64,000 bases of DNA. It comes from Squalus acanthias (Eukaryota). Of the stretch, positions 15,001-27,000 are shown piece after piece. Every line of letters begins with the position of its first letter. Positions within the stretch are counted from its first letter, which is position 1. Location of the stretch: assembly GCA_030390025.1 (NCBI GenBank), contig JASTWF010000325.1, forward strand, positions 310,001 to 374,000, written 5' to 3'. The notes under the pieces were generated by a model. The model searched no databases. It saw only the letters and a list, made by a program, of their open reading frames with translations, and was not told the origin of the DNA. A program made the translations under genes and the position numbers.

Positions 15001-18000
15001 ACATTGCTCTATCTATCTCAGTCTCAGTGTGTGTAACATTGCTCTATCTATCTCAGTCTCAGTGTGTGTGTAACATTGCTCTATCTATCTCAGTCTCAGT
15101 GTGTGTGTAACATTGCTCTATCTAGCTCAGCCTCGGTGTGTGTGTAACATTGCTCTATCTATCTCAGTCTCAGTGTGTAACATTGCTCTATCTATCTCAG
15201 TCTCAGTGTGTGTAACATTGCTCTATCTATCTCAGTCTCAGTGTGTGTGTCACATTGCTCTATCTATCTCAGCCTCGGTGTGTGTGTAACATTGCTCTAT
15301 CTATCTCAGTCTCAGTGTGTGTGTAACATTGCTCTATCTATCTCAGTCTCAGTGTGTGTGTAACATTGCTCTATCTATCTCAGTCTCAGTGTGTGTGTGT
15401 AACATTGCTCTATCTATCTCAGTCTCGGTGTGTAACATTGCTCTATCTATCTCAGTCTCAGTGTGTAACATTCCTCTATCTATCTCAGTCTCTGTGTGTG
15501 TGTGTAACATTGCTCTATCTATCTCAGTCTCGGTGTGTGTGTAACATTGCTCTATCTATCTCAGTCTCTGCGTGTGTGTAACATTGCTCTATCTATCTCA
15601 GTCTCAGTGTGTAACATTGCTCTATCTATCTCAGTCGCAGTTTGTGTGTAACATTGCTCTATCTCAGTCGCAGTGTGTGTGTAACATTGCTCTATCTATC
15701 TCAGTCTCGGTGTGTAACATTGCTCTATCTATTCAGTCTCAGTCTCAGTGTGTAACATTGCTCTATCTATCTCAGTCTCAGTGTGTAACATTGCTCTATC
15801 TATCTCAGTCTCAGTGTGTAACATTGCTCTATCTATCTCAGTCTCTGTGTATAACATTGCTCTATCTATCTCAGTCTCAGTGTGTAACATTGCTCTATCT
15901 ATCTCAGTCTCGGTGTGTAACATTGCTCTATCTATCTCAGTCTCGGTGTGTAACATTGCTCTATCTATCTCAGTCTCGGTGTGTGTGTGTAACATTTCTC
16001 TATCTATCTCAGTCTCAGTGTGTACAACATTGCTCTATCTATCTCAGTCTCAGTGTGTGTGTCACATTGCCCAATCTATCTCAGTCTCAGTGTGTGTGTC
16101 ACATTGCTCTATCTATCTCAGTCTCATGTGTAACATTGCTCTATCTATCTCAGTCTCAGTGTGTGTGTAACATTGCTCTATCTATCTCAGTCTCAGTGTG
16201 TGTGTAACATTGCTCTATCTATCTCAGTCTCGGTGTGTGTGTAACATTGCTCTATCTATCTCAGTCTCGGTGTGTGTGTAACATTGCTCTATCTATCTCA
16301 GTCTCAGTGTGTGTGTAACATTGCTCTATCTATCTCAGTCTCGGTGTGTAACATTGCTCTATCTATCTCAGTCTCAGCGTGCAACATTGCTCTATCTATC
16401 TCAGTCTCAGTGTTTGTGTAACATTGCTCTATCTATCTCAGTCTCGGTGTGTGTGTGTAACATTGCTCTATCTATCTCAGTCGCAGTGTGTAACATTGCT
16501 CTATCTATCTCAGTCTCAGTGTGTAACATTGCTCTGTCTATCTCCGTCTCTGTGTGTTGTAACATTGCTCTATCTATCTCAGTCTCAGCGTGTGTGTAAC
16601 ATTGCTCTATCTATCTCAGTCTCAGTGTGTGTGTAACATTGCTCTGTCTATCTCAGTCTCGGTGTGTGTGTAACATTGCTCTATCTATCTCAGTCTCAGT
16701 GTGTGTGTAACATTGCTCTATCTATCTCAGTCTCGGTGTGGGTGTAACATTGATCTATCTCTCTCAATCTCAGTGTGTAACATTGATCTATCTATCTCAG
16801 TCTCGGTGTGTGTGTAACATTGCTCTATCTATCTCAGTCTCAGTGTGTAACATTGCTCTATCTATCTCATTCTCAGTGTGTAACATTGCTCTATCTATCT
16901 CAGTCTCAGTGTGTAACATTGCTCTATCTATCTCAGTGTGTGTGTAACATTGCTCTATCTATCTCAGTCTCGGTGTGTAACATTGCTCTATCTATCTCAG
17001 TCTCAGTGTGTAACATTGCTCTATCTATCTCAGTCTCAGTGTGTGTGTAACATTGCTCTATCTATCTCAGTCTCAGTCTTGGTGTAACATTGCTCTATCT
17101 ATCTCAGTCTCAGTGTGTGTGTGACATTGCTCTATCTATCTCAGTCTCAGTGTGTGTGTAACATTGCTCTATCTATCTCAGTCTCGGTGTGTGTGTAACA
17201 TTGCTCTATCTATCTCAGTCTCGGTGTGTGTGTAACATTGCTCTATCTATCTCAGTCTCAGTGTGTAACATTGCTCTATCTATCTCAGTCTCAGTGTGTA
17301 ACATTGATCTATCTATCTCAGTCTCAGTGTGTAACGTTGCTCTATCTATCTCAGTCTCAGTGTGTAACATTGCTCTATCTATCTCAGTCTCAGTGTGTAA
17401 CATTGATCTATCTATCTCAGTCTCAGTGTGAAACGTTGCTCTATCTATCTCAGTCTCAGTGTGTAACATTGCTCTATCTATCTCAGTCTCAGTGTGTAAC
17501 ATTGATCTATCTATCTCAGTCTCAGTGTGAAACGTTGCTCTATCTATCTCAGTCTCAGTGTGTAACATTGCTCTATCTATCTCAGTCTCAGTGTGTAACA
17601 TTGCTCTATCTATCTCAGTCTCAGTGTGTAACATTGCTCTATCTATCTCAGTCTCAGTGTGTGTGTAACATTGCTCTATCTATCTCAGTCTCAGTGTGTA
17701 ACATTGCTCTATCGATCTCAGTCTCAGTGTGTGACATTGCTCTATCTATCTCTGTCTCAGTGTGTAACATTGCTCTATCTATCTCAGTCTCAGTGTGTAA
17801 CATTGCTCTATCTATCTCAGTCTCGGTGTGTGTGTAACATTGCTCTATCTATCTCAGTCTCGGTGTGTGTGTGTAACATTGCTCTATCTATCTCAGTCTC
17901 AGTGTGTAACATTGCCCTATCTATCTCAGTCTCAGTGTGTAACATTGCTCTATCTATCTCATTCCCAGTGTGTGTGTAACATTGCTCTATCTAGCTCAGC

Positions 18001-21000
18001 CTCGGTGTGTGTGTAACATTGCTCTATCTATCTCAGTCTCAGTGTGGGTGTAACATTGCTCTATCTATCTCAGTCTCTGTAACATTGCTCTATCTATCTC
18101 AGTCTCAGTGTGTGTGTAACATTGCTCTATCTATCTCAGTCTCAGTGTGTAACATTGCTCTATCTATCTCAGTCTCGGTGTGTGTGTAACATTGCTCTAT
18201 CTATCTCAGTCTTGGTGTGTGTGTGTGGAACATTGCTCTATCTATCTCAGTCCCAGTGGGTGTGTAACATTGCTCTATCTATCTCAGTCTCAGTGTGTGT
18301 GTAACATTGCTCTATCTATCTCAGTCTCAGTGTGTGTGTAACATTGCTCTATCTACCTCAGTCTCGGTGTGTGTGTAACATTGCTCTATCTATCTCAGTC
18401 TCAGTGTCAGTGTGTAACATTGCTCTATCAATCTCATTCCCAGTGTGTGTGTAACATTGCTCTATCTATCTCAGTCTCAGTGTGTAACATTGCTCTATCT
18501 ATCTCAGTCTCAGTGTGTGTAACATTGCTCTATCTATCTCAGTCTCAGTGTGTGTGTCACATTGCTCTATCTATCTCAGCCTCGGTGTGTGTGTAACATT
18601 GCTCTATCTATCTCAGTCTCGGTGTGTAACATTGCTCTATCTATCTCAGTCTCAGTGTGTGTGTAACATTGCTCTATCTATCTCAGTCTCGGTGTGTAAC
18701 ATTGCTCTATCTATCTCAGTCTCGGTGTGTAACATTGCTCTATCTATCTCAGTCTCGGTGTGTAACATTGCTCTATCTATCTCAGTCTCAGTGTGTGTGT
18801 AACATTGCTCTATCTATCTCAGTCTCAGTGTGTGTGTGTAACATTGCTCTATCTATATCAGTCTCGGTGTGTAACATTGCTCTATCTATCTCAGTCTCAG
18901 TGTGTAACATTGCTCTATCTATCTCAGTCTCTGTGTGTGTGTGTAACATTGCTCTATCTATCTCAGTCTCGGTGTGTGTGTAACATTGCTCTATCTATCT
19001 CAGTCTCGGTGTGTAACATTGCTCTATCTATCTCAGTCTCAGTGTGTAACATTGCTCTATCTATCTCTGTCTCAGTGTGTGTAACATTGCTCTATCTAGC
19101 TCCGTCTCGGTGTGTGTGTAACATTGCTCTATCTATCTCTGTCAGTGTGTAACATTGCTCTATCTACCTCAGTCTCAGTGTGTGTGTAACATTGCTCTAT
19201 CTATCCCAGTCGCAGTGTGTGTGTAACATTGCTCTATCTATCTCAGTCTCGGTGTGTAACATTGCTCTATCTACCTCAGTCTCGGTGTGTAACATTGCTC
19301 TATCTATCTCAGTCTCAGTCTCAGTGTGTAACATTGCTCTATCTATCACAGTCTCAGTGTGTAACATTGCTCTATCTATCTCAGTCTCAGTGTGTAACAT
19401 TGCTCTATCTATCTCAGTCTCTGTGTGTAACATTGCTCTATCTATCTCAGTCTCAGTGTGTAACATTGCTCTCTCTATCTCAGTCTCGGTGTGTAACATT
19501 GTTCTATCTATCTCAGTCTCAGTGTGTAACATTGCTCTATCTATCTCAGTCTCTGTGTGTTTGTAACATTGATCTATCTATCTCAGTCTCGGTGTGTGTG
19601 TAACATTGCTCTATCTATCTCAGTCTCGGTGTGTGTGTAACATTGCTCTCTCTATCTCAGTCTCGGTGTGTGTGTAACATTGCTCTATCTATCTCCGTCT
19701 CAGTGTGTGTGTAACATTGCTCTATCTATCTCAGTCTCAGTGTGTGTGTAACATTGCTCTATCTCTCTCAGTCTCAGTGTGTAACATTGATCTATCTATC
19801 TCAGTCTCGGTGTGTGTGTAACATTGCTCTATCTATCTCAGTCTCAGTGTGTAACATTGCTCTATCTATCTCATTCTCAGTGTGTAACATTGCTCTATCT
19901 ATCTCAGTCTCAGTGTGTAACATTGCTCTATCTATCTCAGTGTGTGTGTAACATTGCTCTATCTATCTCAGTCTCGGTGTGTAACATTGCTCTATCTATC
20001 TCAGTCTCAGTGTGTAACATTGCTCTATCTATCTCAGTCTCGGTGTGTGTGTAACATTGCTCTATCTATCTCAGTGTGTGTGTAACATTGCTCTATCTAT
20101 CTCAGTCTCAGTGTGTAACATTGCTCTATCTATCTCAGTCTCGGTGTGTAACATTGCTCTATCTATCTCAGTCTCAGTGTGTAACATTGCTCTATCTATC
20201 TCAGTCTCGGTGTGTGTGTAACATTGCTCTATCTCAGTCTCAGTGTGTGTGTAACATTGCTCTATCTATCTCAGTCTCGGTGTGTGTGTGTGTAACATTG
20301 ATCTATCTATCTCAGTCTCAGTGTGTGTGTAACATTGCTCTATCTATCTCAGTGTGTGTGTAACATTGCTCTATCTATCTCAGTCTCAGTGTGTGTGGAA
20401 CATTGCTCTATCTATCTCAGTCTCAGTGTGTGTGTAACATTGCTCTATCTATCTCAGTCTCAGTGTGTGTGTAACATTGCTCTATCTATCTCAGTCTCGT
20501 GTGTGTGTGTGTAACATTGCTCTATCTATCTCAGTCTTGGTGTGTGTGTGTGGAACATTGCTCTATCTATCTCAGTCCCAGTGGGTGTGTAACATTGCTC
20601 TATCTATCTCAGTCTCAGTGTGTGTGTAACATTGCTCTATCTATCTCAGTCTCGGTGTGTGTGTAACATTGCTCTATCTATCTCAGTCTCGGGGTGTGTG
20701 TAACATTGCTCTATCTATCTCAGTCCCAGTGGGTGTGTAACATTGCTCTATCTATCTCAGTCTCAGTGTGTGTGTAACATTGCTCTATCTATCTCAGTCT
20801 CAGTGTGTAACATTGCTCTATCTATCTCAGTCTCAGTGTCAGTGTGTAACATTGCTCTATCTATCTCATTCCCAGTGTGTGTGTAACATTGCTCTATCTA
20901 TCTCAGTGTGTGTGTAACATTGCTCTATCTATCTCAGTCTCAGTGTCAGTGTGTAACATTGCTCTATCTATCTCATTCCCAGTGTGTGTAACATTGCTCT

Positions 21001-24000
21001 ATCTAGCTCAGCCTCGGTGTGTGTGTAACATTGCTCTATCTATCTCAGTCTCAGTGTGGGTGTAACATTGCTCTATCTATCTCAGTCTCAGTGTGTAACA
21101 TTGCTCTATCTATCTCAGTCTCAGTGTGTGTAACATTGCTCTATCTATCTCAGTCTCAGTGTGTGTGTCACATTGCTCTATCTATCTCAGCCTCGGTGTG
21201 TGTGTAACATTGCTCTATCTATCTCAGTCTCGGTGTGTAACATTGCTCTATCTATCTCAGTCTCAGTGTGTGTGTAACATTGCTCTATCTATCTCAGTCT
21301 CAGTGTGTGTGTAACATTGCTCTATCTATCTCAGTCTCAGTGTGTGTGTGTAACATTGCTCTATCTATCTCAGTCTCGGTGTGTAACATTGCTCTATCTA
21401 TCTCAGTCTCAGTGTGTAACATTCCTCTATCTATCTCAGTCTCTGTGTGTGTGTGTAACATTGCTCTATCTATCTCAGTCTCGGTGTGTGTGTAACATTG
21501 CTCTATCTATCTCAGTCTCTGCGTGTGTGTAACATTGCTCTATCTATCTCAGTCGCAGTTTGTGTGTAACATTGCTCTATCTCAGTCGCAGTGTGTGTGT
21601 AACATTGCTCTATCTATCTCAGTCTCGGTGTGTAACATTGCTCTATCTATCTCAGTCTCAGTCTCAGTGTGTAACATTGCTCTATCTATCTCAGTCTCAG
21701 TGTGTAACATTGCTCTATCTATCTCAGTCTCGGTGTGTAACATTGCTCTATCTATCTCAGTCTCGGTGTGTGTGTGTAACATTGCTCTATCTATCTCAGC
21801 CTCGGTGTGTGTGTAACATTGCTCTATCTATCTCAGTCTCAGTGTGTACAACATTGCTCTATCTATCTCAGTCTCAGTGTGTGTGTCACATTGCTCTATC
21901 TATCTCAGTCTCATGTGTAACATTGCTCTATCTATCTCAGTCTCAGTGTGTGTGTAACATTGCTCTATCTATCTCAGTCTCAGTGTGTGTGTCACATTGC
22001 TCTATCTATCTCAGTCTCATGTGTAACATTGCTCTATCTATCTCAGTCTCAGTGTGTGTGTAACATTGCTCTATCTATCTCAGTCTCAGTGTGTGTGTAA
22101 CATTGCTCTATCTATCTCAGTCTCGGTGTGTAACATTGCTCTATCTATCTCAGTCTCAGCGTGCAACATTGCTCTATCTATCTCAGTCTCAGTGTTTGTG
22201 TAACATTGCTCTATCTATCTCAGTCGCAGTGTGTGTGTAACATTGCTCTATCTATCTTAATCTCAGTGTGTAGCATTGCTCTATCTATCTCAGTCTCAGT
22301 GTGTAACATTGCTCTATCTATCTCAGTCTCAGTGTGTAACATTGCTCTGTCTATCTCCGTCTCTGTGTGTTTGTAACATTGCTCTATCTATCTCAGTCTC
22401 TGTGTGTTTGTAACATTGCTCTATCTATCTCTGTCTCAGTGTGTAACATTGCTCTATCTATCTCAGTCTCTGTGTGTGTGTGTAACATTGCTCTATCTAT
22501 CTCAGTCTCGGTGTGTGTGTAACATTGCTCTATCTATCTCAGTCTCTGTGTGTGTGTAACATTGCTCTATCTATCTCAGTCTCGGTGTGTGTGTAACATT
22601 GCTCTATCTATCTCAGTCTCGGTGTGTGTGTAACATTGCTCTATCTATCTCAGTCTCGGTGTGTGTGTAACATTGCTCTATCTATCTCAGTCTCGGTGTG
22701 TGTGTAACATTGCTCTATCTATCTCAGTCTCTGTGTGTGTGTAACATTGCTCTATCTATCTCAGTCTCGGTGTGTGTGTAACATTGCTCTATCTATCTCA
22801 GTCTCGGTGTGTGTGTAACATTGCTCTATCTATCTCAGTCTCGGTGTGTGTGTAACATTGCTCTATCTATCTGATTCTCAGTGTGTGTGTAACATTGCTC
22901 TATCTATCACAGTCCCAGTGTGTGTGTAACATTGCTCTATCTTTCTCAGTCTCATTGTGTAACATTGCTCTATCTCTCAGTCTCAGTGTGTAACATTGCT
23001 CTATCTATCTCAGTCTCGGTGTGTAACATTGCTCTATCTATCTCATTCTCAGTGTGTAACATTGCTCTATCTATCTCATTCTCAGTGTGTAACATTGCTC
23101 TATCTATCTCATTCTCAGTGTGTAACATTGCTCTATCTATCTCAGTCTCGGTGTGTGTGTAACATTGCTCTATCTATCTCAGTCTCGGTGTGTAACATTG
23201 ATCTATCTATCTCAGTCTCAGTGTGTAACATTGCTCTATCTATCTCAGTCTCTGTGTGTGTGTAACATTGCTCTATCTATCTCAGTCTCTGTGTGTGTGT
23301 AACATTGCTCTATCTATCTCAGTCTCTGTGTGTGTGTAACATTGCTCTATCTATCTCAGTCTCGGTGTGTGTGTAACATTGCTCTGTCTATCTCAGTCTC
23401 GGTGTGTGTGTAACATTGCTCTATCTATCTCAGTCTCAGTGTGTAACATTGCTCTATCTCTCAGTCTCAATGTGTGTAACATTGCTCTATCTATCTCAGT
23501 CTCAGTGTGTAACATTGCTCTATCTATCTCAGTCTCAGTGTGTAACATTGCTCTCTCTATCTCAGTCTCAGTGTGTAACATTGCTCTATCTATCTCCGTG
23601 TCGGTGTGTAACATTGCTCTATCTCAGTCTCAGTGTGTGTGTAACATTGCTCTATCTATCTCAGTCTCAGTGTGTGTGTAACATTGCTCTATCTATCTCA
23701 GTCTCGGTGTGTAACATTGCTCTATCTATCTCAGTCTCAGTGTGTAACATTGCTCTATCTATCTCAGTCTCGGTGTGTGTGTAATATTGCTCTATCTATC
23801 TCAGTCTCAGTGTGTGTGTAACATTGCTCTATCTATCTCAGTCTCAGTGTGTGTGTAACATTGCTCTATCTATCTCAGTCTCAGTGTGTGTGTAACATTG
23901 CTCTATCTATCTCACTCTCGGTGTGTGTGTAACATTGCTCTATCTATCTCCGTGTGTGTGTAACATTGCTCTATCTATCTCAGTCCCAGTGTGTGTGTAA

Positions 24001-27000
24001 CATTGCTCTATCTATCTCAGTCCCAGTGTGTGTGTAAAATTGCTCTATCTATCTCCGTGTGTGTGTAACATTGCTCTATCTATCTCAGTCCCAGTGTGTG
24101 TGTAACATTGCTCTATCTATCTCAGTCTCAGTGTGTGTGTAACATTGATCTATCTATCTCAGTCTCGGTGTGTGTAACATTGCTCTATCTATCTCAGTCT
24201 CAGTGTGTAACATTGCTCTATCTATCTCAGTCTCAGTGTGTGCAACATTGCTCTATCTATCTCAGTCCCAGTGTGTGTGTAACATTGCTCTATCTATCTC
24301 AGTCTCTTTGTGTAACATTGCTCTATCTATCTCGGTGTATGTGTAACATTGCTCTATCTATCTCAGCCTCGGTGTGTGTGTAACATTGCTCTATCTATCT
24401 CAGTCTCAGTGTGTAACATTGCTCTATCTATCTCAGTCTCAGTGTGTGTAACATTGCTCTATCTATCTCAGTCTCAGTGTGTGTAACATTGCTCTATCTA
24501 TCTCAGTCCCAGTGTGTGTGTGTAACATTGCTCTATCTATCTCAGTCTCGGTGTGTGTGTAACATTGCTCTATCTATCTCAGTCTCGGTGTTTGTGTATC
24601 ATTGCTCTATCTATCTCAGTCTCGGTGTGTGTGTAACATTGCTCAATCTATCTCCGTGTGTGTGTAACATTGCTCTATCTATCTCAGTCCCAGTGTGTGT
24701 GTCACATTGCTCGATCTATCTCAGCCTCGGTGTGTGTGTAACATTGCTCTATCTATCTCAGTCTCGGTGTGTGTAACATTGCTCTATCTATCTCAGTCCC
24801 AGTGTGTGTGTAACATTGCTCTATCTATCTCAGTCCCAGTGTGTGTGTAACATTGCTCTATCTATCTCAGTCCCAGTGTGTGTGTAACATTGCTCTATCT
24901 CTCTCAGTGTGTGTGTAACATTGCTCAATCTATCTCAGTCTCGGTGTGTGTGCACCATTGCTCTATCTATCTCAGTCTCGGTGTTTGTGTATCATTGCTC
25001 TATCTATCTCAGTCTCGGTGTGTGTGCATCATTGCTCTATCTATCTCAGTGTGTGTGTAACATTGCTCTATCTATCTCAGTCTCTGTGTGTGTGTGTGTG
25101 TGTAACATTGCTCTATCTATCTCAGTCTCGGTGTGTGTGTAACATTGCTCTATCTATCTCAGTCCCGGTGTGTGTGTAACATTGCTCTATCTATCTCAGT
25201 CTCAGTGTGTAACATTGCTCTATCTATCTCAGTCGCAGTGTGTGTGTAACATTGCTCTATCTATCTCAGTCTCGGTGTGTGTGTAATATTGCTCTATCTA
25301 TCTCAGTCTCAGTGTGTGTGTAACATTGCTCTATCTATCTCCGTCTCAGTGTGTGTGTAACATTGCTCTACCTATCTCAGTGTCAGTGTGTGTGTAACAT
25401 TGCTCTATCTATCTCAGTCTCAGTGTGTGTGTAACATTGCTCAATCTATCTCCGTGTGTGTGTAACATTGCTCTATCTATCTCAGTCCCAGTGTGTGTGT
25501 CACATTGCTCGATCTATCTCAGCCTCGGTGTGTGTTTAACATTGCTCTATCTATCTCAGTCTCGGTGTGTGTAACATTGCTCTATCTATCTCAGTCCCAG
25601 TGTGTGTGTAAAATTGCTCTATCTATCTCAGTGTGTGTGTAACATTGCTCTATCTATCTCAGTCCCAGTGTGTGTGTAACATTGCTCTGTCTATCTCAGT
25701 CCCAGTGTGTGTGTAACATTGCTCTATCTATCTCAGTCTCGGTGTGTGTAACATTGCTCTATCTATCTCAGTCTCGGTGTGTGTAACATTGCTCTATCTA
25801 TCTCAGTCTCGGTGTGTGTAACATTGCTCTATCTATCTCAGTCTCAGTGTGTAACATTGCTCTATCTATCTCAGTCTCAGTGTGTGTAACATTGCTCTAT
25901 CTATCTCAGTCCCAGTGTGTGTGTAACATTGCTCTATCTATCTCAGCCTCGGTGTGTGTGTAACATTGCTCTATCTATCTCAGTCTCGGTGTGTGTAACA
26001 TTGCTCTATCAATCTCAGTCTCAGTGTGTAACATTGCTCTATCTATCTCAGTCCCAGTGTGTGTGTAACATTGCTCTATCTATCTCAGTCTCGGTGTGTG
26101 TGTAACATTGCTCTATCTATCTCAGTCTCAGTGTGTAACATTGCTTTATCTATCTCAGTCTCTTTGTGTAACATTGCTCTATCTATCTCAGTGTGTGTGT
26201 AACATTGCTCTATCTATCTCAGTCTCAGTGTGTGTGTAACATTGCTCTATCTATCTCAGTCTCGGTGTGTGTGTAACATTGCTCTATCTATCTCAGTCTC
26301 GGTGTGTGTGTAACATTGCTCTATCTATCTCAGTCTCAGTGTGTAACATTGCTCTATCTATCTCCGTCTCTTTGTGTAACATTGCTCTATCTATCTCAGT
26401 CTCGGTGTGTGTGTAACATTGCTCTATCTATCTCAGTCTCGGTGTGTGTGTAACATTGCTCTATCTATCTCAGTCTCGGTGTGTGTAACATTGCTCTATC
26501 TATCTCAGTCTCAGTGTGTGTAACATTGCTCTATCTATCTCAGTCCCAGTGTGTGTGTAACATTGCTCTATCTATCTCAGCCTCGGTGTGTGTGTAACAT
26601 TGCTCTATCTATCTCAGTCTCAGTGTGTAACATTGCTCTATCTATCTCAGTCTCTTTGTGTAACATTGCTCTATCTATCTCGGTGTGTGTGTAACATTGC
26701 TCTATCTATCTCAGCCTCGGTGTGTGTGTAACATTGCTCTATCTATCTCAGTCTCAGTGTGTAACATTGCTCTATCTATCTCAGTCCCAGTGTGTGTGTG
26801 TAACATTGCTCTATCTATCTCAGTCTCGGTGTGTGTGTAACATTGCTCTATCTATCTCAGTCTCGGTGTTTGTGTATCATTGCTCTATCTATCTCAGTCT
26901 CGGTGTGTGTGTAACATTGCTCAATCTATCTCCGTGTGTGTGTAACATTGCTCTATCTATCTCAGTCCCAGTGTGTGTGTCACATTGCTCGATCTATCTC

